From: Candidatus Nealsonbacteria bacterium DGGOD1a
GTDB taxonomy: Bacteria > Patescibacteriota > Minisyncoccia > Minisyncoccales > UBA5738
Direction of reading: 5' to 3'
DNA: 64,000 nt
Assembly: GCA_022530585.1 (NCBI GenBank)
Contig: CP092821.1
Span: 1,089,509-1,153,508, forward strand
In this document: positions 32,886 to 41,618 of the stretch, piece by piece
Layout of the letters: every line of letters starts with the position of its first letter
Position numbering within the stretch: position 1 is the first letter of the stretch
Program-made: the position numbers and the translations under genes
Notes under the pieces: model-generated
What the model was told of the DNA's origin: nothing
What the model saw: the letters and a program-made list of their open reading frames with translations, nothing else
Databases searched by the model: none

Positions 32886-34430
32886 CTATTTGCCATTCTT
32901 TCTCCCCTTTTCCGTGATCCAAAAACCGAGGGGCTTGTTGATGATGAGGCGAGTCTGGGACTCCAGCGCCGGAAGCGAACCGAAAAATATCAGCGTGATC
33001 GGCAGACACAGCCATTGAAGCAACATTGATATGTGGCGCCAGCGGCCGTAATGTTTGGGCCGCGGCGGCAGCAACAACATACTGATAATGGCCGACACCA
33101 CCATCCCCACCATTGCCGAGGTCATAATCACCGAAGTTATCATCGGCAAATTATACGAAAGCAAAGTGGCATTGAAATTTTTGCCGCCCATCAGCAGAGG
33201 AAGCCATCCCAAACCGAATGTCATAATCGAACCGGTCGCCCACGACCAGAAACCTTCAATCATGGTTATAATATGGAAAACTTTTTCCCGCAGTTTTATT
33301 CCGGCGCTGGCCGGATTCATAAAAAGATTGAAAAAAACATAGGGCAAATTTTCCACGCCCCACGACCAGCGCCGCTGCTGTTTGTATTGGTTGACCATGG
33401 TGCGGAATGTCGACTTGCCAAGCACCGCGTCCATTGAAACCGGATAATACATGGGAATTGCCTTATAACGGCCGCCGTAATAGAAATAGGCGCGCCAGAA
33501 AATGCGCGAATCGTCGGAAACCACATTATAAGGATAACCCACCTCCAAAAGCGCCTTTAAAGGCATAGAATGGCTTGAGAAGGTTACCAATTGTTCGGGC
33601 CGCTCCTGTTGCATCATTTCCCAAAAAGTCGACGAAGTGGCAATTATGCGGCTCACCAGCGGCGCCTCCCAAATGTTGTTGTTATATACGGGTATCGGCT
33701 GGTAGCTCTTGTGAAGCCGGTCGGATTCGTTTAAATAATACCATGTCAAACAGGAAAAATACTGCGGATACGGCTTGGTGTCAATGTCGAAAAGCGACAC
33801 GACGATATTCTCTTGCGGGATATTCATCCCGGGCAAATATTTTTCTTTAACTTCTTTGAACGCCCAGTTTACATTGGCGCCTTTCCCCTGCAGTTCGCCG
33901 CCGATTCCCTTGGGATGCACCACCAGCCAAAACGCGAAAAATTTTGAACGGTATTCCGGCTCGATCCTGGCCGCCAATTCTCGCGCCGATTGAATATCTT
34001 CGATTGCCAGCAAAATAATAATTCTATTCTTGGGATAATCGGCGTTGACAAGCGAATCAAGCGTCGCCCGCACCACTTCAGGCCCCTCGCTGGCAAAGGG
34101 CAGAGCAATTAAATGATAAATATCTTGCCATTCGTCTTTATTGTCGCGTTCAAGTTTTGATCTCCAATCAATGGCAATATTTTTTTTCATTTTCCCGTAA
34201 CTGGCGATTTGATGGGCCGCCAAATATAAAACCCGGCAAAGCCAGTAAAAATCAAAAGAGATAATGAAAATCGCGACCGCGAACGGCCAAATCCCGGACA
34301 AAACAAAACCCAAAATAAGAGTTGCCCATGAAACAAACCCGGGAAGCATTTCCAAAAAACGGTACGCGGCGCGATGCCAATGATTTTTAAAATCATCGGC
34401 GCGCGAAAGATTCAAATAATCGATTGCCAT
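32886..34430 (-). CDS. Membrane-bound family-2 glycosyltransferase (processive type)
   Basis: The DxD region is FDIDTKP and the QxxRW motif is QQRRWSWG. TM helices flank the catalytic domain. The start is set at ATG 34430 because the longer ORF overlaps tRNA-Glu. Confidence 0.8.
   Translation of the reverse strand: MAIDYLNLSRADDFKNHWHRAAYRFLEMLPGFVSWATLILGFVLSGIWPFAVAIFIISFDFYWLCRVLYLAAHQIASYGKMKKNIAIDWRSKLERDNKDEWQDIYHLIALPFASEGPEVVRATLDSLVNADYPKNRIIILLAIEDIQSARELAARIEPEYRSKFFAFWLVVHPKGIGGELQGKGANVNWAFKEVKEKYLPGMNIPQENIVVSLFDIDTKPYPQYFSCLTWYYLNESDRLHKSYQPIPVYNNNIWEAPLVSRIIATSSTFWEMMQQERPEQLVTFSSHSMPLKALLEVGYPYNVVSDDSRIFWRAYFYYGGRYKAIPMYYPVSMDAVLGKSTFRTMVNQYKQQRRWSWGVENLPYVFFNLFMNPASAGIKLREKVFHIITMIEGFWSWATGSIMTFGLGWLPLLMGGKNFNATLLSYNLPMITSVIMTSAMVGMVVSAIISMLLLPPRPKHYGRWRHISMLLQWLCLPITLIFFGSLPALESQTRLIINKPLGFWITEKGRKNGK
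32902..32968. repeat. 67-bp direct repeat, copy B (the genuine 3' end of the glycosyltransferase gene)
   Basis: See 30282-30348. The two copies start 2620 bp apart. Confidence 0.85.
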
Positions 34431-34485
34431 ATCTGTATTATATGCGAAAAGGCGGCTTTTAACCGCCTTGTCGCCAGAAACCAAG

Positions 34486-34557
34486 TGGCCCCAGCGGGAA
34501 TCGAACCCGCGTTTTCGCCTTGAAAGGGCAACGTCCTGACCACTAGACGATGGGGCC
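34486..34557 (-). tRNA. tRNA-Glu (anticodon UUC)
   Basis: GGCCCCA TC GTCT AGTGGTCA GGAC G TTGCC CTTTCAA GGCGA AAAC GCGGG TTCGATT CCCGC TGGGGCC A. The cloverleaf fits, and no CCA is encoded. Confidence 0.92.
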
Positions 34558-34782
34558 AAACGCAAAAATCATAACAAAAAAACGCGAAAAAGTCCACACT
34601 GGCCGGAATCATGCCAAATTATCAATCATCTCCAAGCCGATATGCGAATCATTGTATTCCAAACATTCGGGCGTCAAATCGATTACCCGTTTTAAAAACC
34701 CCGCGTTTCCAACTCCCCCGCTTTCTCAAAATTTTCCGCCGCGCGCAAAGTTTTATTCAATCCCTGATCTTAGTCTTTCATA

Positions 34783-35379
34783 TTATTTTTTGCTCCGCGA
34801 TTCAAACTTATTTTTTATCGGCTCCAATTCCATCCACCAATCTTCAATACCGGTTTCTTTCACCGCCGTGAAAATTTCTTTCGCCGAATCGGTTTTAAAA
34901 ATATCCGCGGCGCTTTCAATCCACAACAATGCTTTTTTATTGCCATTGTCGGCGTAATATTTTGCTTGAATCGCCATATCCAAAAAATCCGCGTCCCCAG
35001 CGATTTGCGCCTCCTTGGTTTTGCATTCTTTCAGTTCATCGAAAATCGATTTCATTTGCGGCGCGACAGACACGCCACCTATCTGATCTTTTTGCGCCCT
35101 TTCAACTTGGCTTGCAGAGCCATTATAAATCCTTGCCACCCAATTTATATCGCCCAAACGCAATTTGGCGGTATCGTGAAAAATCGCCAACGCCGCCGCG
35201 CGGTCAGCATCGGCGCCTTCCATTGCCGCCAAGATATACGCAATCTGCCCCGTTAACGCGCTATGATCGGCCAGCGACTCCGGCAACCTGACGCCAATCC
35301 TCTGCCACCCGGAGCGCGGCATTGTTTTCGCTCCGGACAACTCAAACAAAAAGTTAACCAATTTTTTAATATTTTCCAT
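34783..35379 (-). CDS. HD-domain phosphohydrolase (YfbR-like 5'-deoxynucleotidase)
   Basis: PRSGWQRIGV..ESLADHS...IFHDTAKLRLGDI. Confidence 0.8.
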   Translation of the reverse strand: MENIKKLVNFLFELSGAKTMPRSGWQRIGVRLPESLADHSALTGQIAYILAAMEGADADRAAALAIFHDTAKLRLGDINWVARIYNGSASQVERAQKDQIGGVSVAPQMKSIFDELKECKTKEAQIAGDADFLDMAIQAKYYADNGNKKALLWIESAADIFKTDSAKEIFTAVKETGIEDWWMELEPIKNKFESRSKK

Positions 35380-35385
35380 ATATTT

Positions 35386-35524
35386 TTATTCTTTTTATAC
35401 CCTGTCGGCTCGCCGCGGGGAACAAAAAGAACGAGGATTCCTTAGCAAAGCGCAAGTAATCTTGAAGGAAACATCCTTTGGTTGATGGCGGGGTTAATAT
35501 CCCGACATCAATGTATTTTTAATT
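35386..35524. repeat. Dispersed structured repeat, copy 1 (139 bp)
   Basis: Matches the reverse complement of 51422-51538 almost base for base, except for a 23-nt insertion (TTAGCAAAGCGCAAGTAATCTTG). Confidence 0.85.
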
Positions 35525-35573
35525 ATCGCCGTTATTGGGAGATACTGACATAATCGCGGGAAAAAAACAATTT

Positions 35574-36713
35574 TTATTTTAATATGTCCAACAATTCCTG
35601 GAATACAAAAACGCGGTTCCTCTTTCTTCCCGGCTCCTCTTTTAATATCCCCAACTGGATGAATTTTTCCAAAAGATTATAAATGGTTTGGGGATTTTTA
35701 GTTTTTAATTTATCTTTTATTTTCGCGTATGTGATTATCGGCGAGACAAAAAGTGATTCCAACAGATTGAGCGCGTAAACCGAATTGGCGGCGGTAATTT
35801 CTTTTTTCAAACGATCGTTTAATTCCAAAATTTTCGAGATTGAATTTTGCGTCTTTAACGATTGAGTTATCAACGCCAGCAAAAAAAATTTAAGCCATGA
35901 TTCCCAGTCGCCCCTTTCGGTCACTCCGCGCAGATAACCGTAATAGTCCTGCCGGTTTCTTTCAAAATATTCGCTGATATACAACAACGGCGACGACAAC
36001 AAATCGCGCTGGTACAAAAACAGCGGAATCAACAACCGGCCCACGCGGCCGTTTCCGTCGCGGAACGGATGGATTGACTCCAGCTGATAATGCGCCGCCG
36101 CGATCTGCACCAACAAATCTTTTTCCTGATTTGAGTTAACATACTTTTCCCAATTCGACAGCAAGGCCGGCAATTCCGCCGGCGCGGGCGGCACATAACT
36201 GGCCTCCTCAATCCGCGCTCCGGGCATGCCAATGTACACCTGTCCGGTCCGGAATTTGCCGCGGTCTTTCTCCGCGCCGCGCGATAAATCAAGCAACAGA
36301 TAATGGATTTTTTTAATAAATGATTGGTTAATCGATTTTGTTTTCAACTCCTCCATCGAAAAATTCATCGCCCGACGATAATTGATAATTTCGGTGATTT
36401 CTCGATTCTGGCCGCCGGCAAGCTCGCCGGCGGGTTGGGCTTCATATTGAAAAACATCTTCCAGCGTCGCTTGCGTGCCTTCAATGCGAGAGCTCAAAAC
36501 CGCCTCTTTCGTCAGCAACGGAGTTACCAGCAATTCCGGACTCAAAATATTTTTTCGCAACAAACCGTTCAATTCGCCGATCGCGCCGTGCGCTTCGCCA
36601 ATCACGCGGATCAGCGAATCATAATTTATTTTCGGAGGCAACGGATCCAATATATAAGATTTGATCGGCATAAAAAGTTTGTTGAAATAAATCAAGCGCT
36701 TGAGTTTTGCCAA
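35574..36713 (-). CDS. Fic-family protein (AMPylase type) with a C-terminal winged-helix-like region
   Basis: Canonical Fic motif HPFRDGNGRVGR. Confidence 0.9.
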   Translation of the reverse strand: MAKLKRLIYFNKLFMPIKSYILDPLPPKINYDSLIRVIGEAHGAIGELNGLLRKNILSPELLVTPLLTKEAVLSSRIEGTQATLEDVFQYEAQPAGELAGGQNREITEIINYRRAMNFSMEELKTKSINQSFIKKIHYLLLDLSRGAEKDRGKFRTGQVYIGMPGARIEEASYVPPAPAELPALLSNWEKYVNSNQEKDLLVQIAAAHYQLESIHPFRDGNGRVGRLLIPLFLYQRDLLSSPLLYISEYFERNRQDYYGYLRGVTERGDWESWLKFFLLALITQSLKTQNSISKILELNDRLKKEITAANSVYALNLLESLFVSPIITYAKIKDKLKTKNPQTIYNLLEKFIQLGILKEEPGRKRNRVFVFQELLDILK

Positions 36714-36847
36714 TAATTCCTCATGCTTTTTATTCTCCGCGGCAAGCTTGCGGCGGATAAAAAGAATAAGGTCTTTTGTTATTCCAAGGTATTGGAATAA
36801 CGGCCTCTGTTATTCTAATCTTAAAGCAACTTGGATGATGATGCAAC

Positions 36848-36880
36848 AAAAAAAGAAGGAGGCGATTTCCTTCTTTTTTG
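36848..36880 (-). terminator. Rho-independent terminator of the 36900-37898 gene
   Basis: AAAAGAAGGA-GGCGATT-TCCTTCTTTT. A T-run follows on the minus strand. Confidence 0.65.
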
Positions 36881-36899
36881 ATTTTTATATTCAAACGCC

Positions 36900-37898
36900 T
36901 TACCTGAAGATTTTTCCGAAAAATCCTTTGGCGGATTGATCATCGTTCCGTTGCGCGGGAATCCGTCCGCCATTCCCCGCCCCGTTGGCAATGGTCTTAT
37001 TTTTATTTTGCGGATTGATGTTTGATTGATTATTTTCCGGCGCGTATGCCGCGTCTTCCCGATAGGCAACTTTTAATTTTATTGGATTGGCGACCGGTTC
37101 GACAACTTTCGGCGCGGGCGAAGATGATGGAGAAACTTCTTCGCTTGATACCGCCGGGATTTCCGTTCTGGGTTGAATCTTGCGCTCGTTTTTCGGCTTC
37201 TCAAGAAGCACCATTTTGTCTTGCAATCCTTTTAATAAAATATTTGTTTCGCGATTCCTTTCAATCAGTTGGCCGATTTTTTCATCAAGATTTTTGATCT
37301 GTCCGTCCTTGACCTGCAACTGATCGCGCAACATTTCGGTCGTTTCTTTTAAAAGTATGATTATCTGTTCGTTGCTGTGGTCTTGATTTGGCGCCGTGTC
37401 TTGAAAGGGTTCGCTGTGATTCGCGGTCGGCGGAGTCGGTTCGCCAGTCGTGTTTTCCCGCGCCTTATCTTCCGGCGCCGCGGCAATCGTTTCCGCTTCT
37501 TTGGGGAATGGTTGCGCCGGCGCTACGGGTTGACCGGGGATTGTCTGGCCAGGCGCGTTTTGAAAAGAAATTCCCGGCATCATAAACGGTTGCGGCATAG
37601 TTCGGGGTTGCTGGTAATTAATCGATGCGAACGATGCCATATTCTGCCTCATGTTCGACAATTGCGGCATATAATTAAACTGCCGTATTTCATCTTCCCT
37701 TTGCTTGAGAACTTCCACTTCGGCCCGGCTAAAACGATATTCAAGCGTCCCTTGTCTGCTTTTTATACCCACCGGGTGGAGAATGTCCCGATGGACATAT
37801 CGGCTAATCGTCCTGGAACTTTTACCAAGCATCTCGCAAACTTCGTAGAGAGAAAGGATATAATCCTTGGGTGTTTGATTGTTATTTTGTTGTTCCAT
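36900..37898 (-). CDS. DNA-binding protein with an excisionase/MerR-type HTH and a long low-complexity, coiled tail
   Basis: LSLYEVCEMLGKSSRTISRYVHRDILHPV..EYRFSRAEVEVL is the excisionase-family HTH pattern. Confidence 0.6.
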   Translation of the reverse strand: MEQQNNNQTPKDYILSLYEVCEMLGKSSRTISRYVHRDILHPVGIKSRQGTLEYRFSRAEVEVLKQREDEIRQFNYMPQLSNMRQNMASFASINYQQPRTMPQPFMMPGISFQNAPGQTIPGQPVAPAQPFPKEAETIAAAPEDKARENTTGEPTPPTANHSEPFQDTAPNQDHSNEQIIILLKETTEMLRDQLQVKDGQIKNLDEKIGQLIERNRETNILLKGLQDKMVLLEKPKNERKIQPRTEIPAVSSEEVSPSSSPAPKVVEPVANPIKLKVAYREDAAYAPENNQSNINPQNKNKTIANGAGNGGRIPAQRNDDQSAKGFFGKIFR

Positions 37899-38073
37899 AA
37901 TTTTTAATTATAAAAAATTTCTTCGTTGATTATATCTTAAGCAATACAAAAAAATTTGCAATCATTGTCCGGTCTCTGTTCTCTTGCCGAACAATAATAA
38001 AACCCGGCATCGTTACGGCATTTGCAGAACCGGGAAGTGCATATATAATGATCAAAGATAATCAATTCAAAAA

Positions 38074-39021
38074 ATGGAACCAAACACAAATATGGCCGCG
38101 CAAACAAAACCGCAATTACCATCATTCTTCGCTTTGCTGAACGATACTTTTAAGGTCTATGGCCAAAAATTAAAACCGCTCTTAATTATCGCTCTTTGCT
38201 GTTATATTTTAATGACGGCGGCGGTTGCTATCATTATACTTATAGGAATGATTGCCTCGCTGATCGTGGCCACAACCAATAATTTGATTGCGACGCTGAT
38301 CGTCAGCATCGTTGCCATCATTGCAATGACATTCTTTGTTTTATACTTTTTTTCATGGATATCCGCGGCAACAATAATTGTTTTAAAAGACAGACAGGAA
38401 ACATTCGGATTGCGAGAAGCTCTGAAGCGAGCCAAGCCTTACGCGATGCCGTCTCTCTGGGTTGGCGTTCTTTCCGCGGCAATTCTTTTTTTTGGATATG
38501 TTTTCTTCATTATTCCGGGAATAATTTTCTCAATCTGGTTTTTGTTTTCCCGATATGCGGTTATCGCCGACGATAAAAAGGGAATGGAAGCGTTATTAAA
38601 AAGCCGCGACTACGGCCGCGGCAACTTTTGGAATATTTTTTTATTGGTGGCATTGGGAATAGTTTCAATGTTGTTTATCGATTCAATTATCCAACCGCTG
38701 AACAAAGCGGCGGGGCCTCAAACAGAAAATATTGTCAATTTTATTTTTGGATTTTTAATTTCTCCGGTCGCGACGATCTATTACTATTTGATTTTTGAAA
38801 ATTTAAAAAAAACGAAAACGGATTCGGCAATTTTGATATCGCCATCGGAAAAAAATTTCTTCGGGCCGATGGCAATTATCGGATTTATTCTTATGGTCTC
38901 GCTCGCGGTATTATCGGTTTATTTCGCGCCCCAAATTAAAAACATATACGAAGAGGAAACAAGAAAATTACCTGTGACAATTGAAAACGGCATACCCGTC
39001 CTGCCGCAAAACATTTTGTAA
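38074..39021 (+). CDS. Hypothetical polytopic membrane protein
   Basis: About 6 hydrophobic helices. No family recognised with confidence. Confidence 0.55.
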   Translation: MEPNTNMAAQTKPQLPSFFALLNDTFKVYGQKLKPLLIIALCCYILMTAAVAIIILIGMIASLIVATTNNLIATLIVSIVAIIAMTFFVLYFFSWISAATIIVLKDRQETFGLREALKRAKPYAMPSLWVGVLSAAILFFGYVFFIIPGIIFSIWFLFSRYAVIADDKKGMEALLKSRDYGRGNFWNIFLLVALGIVSMLFIDSIIQPLNKAAGPQTENIVNFIFGFLISPVATIYYYLIFENLKKTKTDSAILISPSEKNFFGPMAIIGFILMVSLAVLSVYFAPQIKNIYEEETRKLPVTIENGIPVLPQNIL

Positions 39022-39035
39022 ATAGAACCGGCACG

Positions 39036-39070
39036 CCAAACAAAAAACCTCGATGAGGTTTTTTGTTTGG
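39036..39070. terminator. Bidirectional terminator
   Basis: CCAAACAAAAAACCTC-GAT-GAGGTTTTTTGTTTGG. Confidence 0.75.
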
Positions 39071-39144
39071 CGATATTCCATCCCGCCACCGGCTAAAGCT
39101 AGAAAGATAATGGTCGCCTTCGTTAAAACTTCGGCGAAACAAAG

Positions 39145-39215
39145 TCGGGGAGCAGGGAATCGAACCCTGTCTGCACGAACCCGAATCGTGCGTACTGCCG
39201 GCATACTCCTCCCCG
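39145..39215 (-). tRNA. tRNA-Pro (anticodon CGG)
   Basis: CGGGGAG GA GTAT GCCGGCA GTAC G CACGA TTCGGGT TCGTG CAGA CAGGG TTCGATT CCCTG CTCCCCG A. No CCA is encoded. Confidence 0.9.
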
Positions 39216-39306
39216 TCGCGCAAAAATTTTCTTCAAAAATTAACGCGATTTCATTCTAGCTTAATTTCCTTATTTGTAAATCCCCGCTCTTAAAAATCAA
39301 AACGCC

Positions 39307-39410
39307 GGGCTCGGGAATCTTTTCGCGGAACCCTGCGAGCGCGATGGCGCGAACACAAGGAATCCCGCCGCGGCGGGATATCCGTGTTCCGCGGAAAAAT
39401 TCCCGAGCCC
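39307..39410. repeat. 104-bp palindromic element downstream of cca
   Basis: Arms GGGCTCGGGAATCTTTTCGCGGAAC / GTTCCGCGGAAAAATTCCCGAGCCC. Inner palindrome ATCCCGCCGCGGCGGGAT. Confidence 0.7.
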
Positions 39411-39419
39411 AAGGCCAAG

Positions 39420-40928
39420 TCATGTCACCCAATACTTTTTCTTCGTCATCCGATCGCGTTTTATTTCCACCGCGTCTTTTTGTTTTTCCGCGGCTTCGGA
39501 AATCTTTGACAATTCCTCTTCGCCAAGACTTCCAAGCCGCCTGATCTCGGCCTCAAGATAATTTCTTTCGTTAAGCGCCGGATCGTTTAAAATCTGCGCC
39601 AGCAAAACATCAAGTATCCGACCGACCTTCGGTCCGGGCCGGATACCAAGGATATCCATAATATCTTTACCGTTCGCCTTGATCATTTTGGCTGAAATAG
39701 GGTCAAGCGAAGCTTTTTCCATAAGATAGCGCAAGTGCCGCAATTTATACGGCTCGGCTTTGGGACATCCGGAACCGATGCGGTCCGCCATCCTCACCCG
39801 CAATAAATCTTCCAAATTTTCCCGGCCAACATTGCGCACCAACCGCCGAATCGAGGCTTCGCCGACTTCGCCCACATTGTAATAAAACAAATGATATCTA
39901 ACCAGCCGCACAATTTTTTCCGCGTCTTTTTTGGGAAATTTCATTCGAGAAAGGATTTGGGCCGCAGTTTTGGCGCCAATTATTTCGTGGTTATAAAAAG
40001 TCGAATCCGGACCGTCGCCGGATTTAGATTTGGGTTTGCCGATGTCATGCAACAACGCGGCCATCCGAACATGCATGCTGAAATTTTTTTGAGCGGTAAA
40101 TTCGAGAGATTTTATCAAATGGGTGTAACAGTCATATATATGATGCTTATTCTGGCCCACTCGGTAACATGTCAAAAGTTCCGGCATAATATAATCCAGC
40201 AAGCCAAGCTTTCTCAATGTATCGATACCGTCAGCCGCCCAGTCCGACATTATTATTTTCACGAATTCGTCGCGAATCCGCTCCTGGGAAACTTCTTTAA
40301 GCCATTTGGCGTTGGCGACGATTGCCTGTTCGGTTTTGGCCTCGATATGCCACCCTTTCCCCAAGGACACGGAAAACCTTACCGCGCGCATCATCCTTAG
40401 CGCGTCCTCAAGAAAGCGTTCGTCGGGGCCCCGAACCGCGCGGATCACTTTTGCCGCGATATCTTCTTTTCCCCCGAACAAATCTATCGTTTCGGTTTTC
40501 AGTTTGCCGGTTTTCTTTTCCTTTATATAGCTCAACGCGATCGCGTTAACCGTAAAATCCCGGCGGGACAGATCGTCGTTAATATTGTCGGCCCATTCAA
40601 CCTTGTCTGGATGGCGCTTATCGGTGTACTTGGATTCAATGCGATAGGGGGTTATTTCGATCTCGAAAAAAGAGGTTTCGCCCAATAATCCCGGATTTTT
40701 AATCCTGGCGGTCACCGTGCCAAACTTATTGTCGCTGAAATTTTCCGGAAAAACCGCCTGAATCCGCTCCGGCGCCGCGCTGGTTGCCACATCCCAATCC
40801 GAAGGGATATTGCCGCAAAGCAGATCGCGCACGCAACCGCCCACGACATAAGCCTGAAACCCCGCCCGCTGCAATTCTTCTATGGCGAATTTTACCTCTT
40901 TTGGAATTTTATCGAAAAAATCTTGCAT
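39420..40928 (-). CDS. cca: CCA-adding tRNA nucleotidyltransferase with an HD domain
   Basis: YVVGGCVRDLL...DWDVAT nucleotidyltransferase head, and the HD motif LLHDIGKP. Confidence 0.9.
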   Translation of the reverse strand: MQDFFDKIPKEVKFAIEELQRAGFQAYVVGGCVRDLLCGNIPSDWDVATSAAPERIQAVFPENFSDNKFGTVTARIKNPGLLGETSFFEIEITPYRIESKYTDKRHPDKVEWADNINDDLSRRDFTVNAIALSYIKEKKTGKLKTETIDLFGGKEDIAAKVIRAVRGPDERFLEDALRMMRAVRFSVSLGKGWHIEAKTEQAIVANAKWLKEVSQERIRDEFVKIIMSDWAADGIDTLRKLGLLDYIMPELLTCYRVGQNKHHIYDCYTHLIKSLEFTAQKNFSMHVRMAALLHDIGKPKSKSGDGPDSTFYNHEIIGAKTAAQILSRMKFPKKDAEKIVRLVRYHLFYYNVGEVGEASIRRLVRNVGRENLEDLLRVRMADRIGSGCPKAEPYKLRHLRYLMEKASLDPISAKMIKANGKDIMDILGIRPGPKVGRILDVLLAQILNDPALNERNYLEAEIRRLGSLGEEELSKISEAAEKQKDAVEIKRDRMTKKKYWVT

Positions 40929-40936
40929 ATGATTTA

Positions 40937-41030
40937 GCGTAAAGCTAAAAACGAAAAGCGTAAAGTATTTCTCGCGATTTTTCGCTTTTCGTTTTCAGTT
41001 TTGCGCTTTACGCTTTCTTATATCCCGTTA
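40937..41030. repeat. Word palindrome (GCGTAAAGC / AAAACGAAAAGCG words) upstream of cca
   Basis: AGCGTAAAGCTAAAAACGAAAAGCG ... CGCTTTTCGTTTTCAGTTTTGCGCTTTACGCT. Confidence 0.6.
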
Positions 41031-41091
41031 TTTGCTTTTTTTCAATTCTTTGGTATAATAATCCTGTTATCCGCCGCACCGATGCCGTTTG

Positions 41092-41163
41092 GCCTCTGTA
41101 GCTTAACGGACAAAGTACCGGTCTTCGGAACCGGTGACGGGGGTTCGATTCCCTCCAGAGGCA
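41092..41163 (+). tRNA. tRNA-Arg (anticodon UCG)
   Basis: GCCTCTG TA GCTT AACGGACA AAGT A CCGGT CTTCGGA ACCGG TGAC GGGGG TTCGATT CCCTC CAGAGGC A. Confidence 0.9.
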
Positions 41164-41200
41164 CACAAAAAGAGGGGATCGGAAATTTATAATTTTCCAA

Positions 41201-41611
41201 ATGAAAAAAAACGCGCGGTTTATCGCTTTTTTGGGAATGTTTATATTGCCGCTCACCGCTTTCGCGGAAGATGAAAAATTGTTGAAATGCGGCGGGCCGG
41301 ATCAGCCATCGTGCGGAATCTGCGATCTTTTCACTTTGGTCAATACCGCAATCGATGTAATTTTGAAAGGATTGATACCGCTGGTCGCCGTATTGATAAT
41401 CGCTTGGGCGGGGTTCAGGATGATGCTCAACCAAGGGAATACCGATGTGGCCAAACAATCCAAAGGAATAATGCTGGCGGTCGCCATCGGACTGGTTGTT
41501 ATGTTTTCCAGTTACGCGGTCGTGGGTCTGGTATTGGATTCAATGGGATATGTGCAAATGAACAACCCTCTTGACTGGGCGCCTGATTGCAAGGTTGATG
41601 CCATTGAATAA
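41201..41611 (+). CDS. VirB2/TrbC-type (T4SS) pilin-like protein
   Basis: Signal peptide ..LPLTAFA, a Cys pair CGGPDQPSCGIC, then a helix-loop-helix: LFTLVNTAIDVILKGLIPLVAVLIIAWAGF - NQGNTDVAKQSK - GIMLAVAIGLVVMFSSYAVVGLVL. Confidence 0.6.
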   Translation: MKKNARFIAFLGMFILPLTAFAEDEKLLKCGGPDQPSCGICDLFTLVNTAIDVILKGLIPLVAVLIIAWAGFRMMLNQGNTDVAKQSKGIMLAVAIGLVVMFSSYAVVGLVLDSMGYVQMNNPLDWAPDCKVDAIE

Positions 41612-41618
41612 CGATTGC

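Noticed and set aside
34431-34565. 45-codon N-terminal extension of the glycosyltransferase ORF
   Set aside because: It is read through tRNA-Glu (34486-34557) and its terminator hairpin. The internal ATG at 34430 gives a sensible membrane-protein N-terminus.
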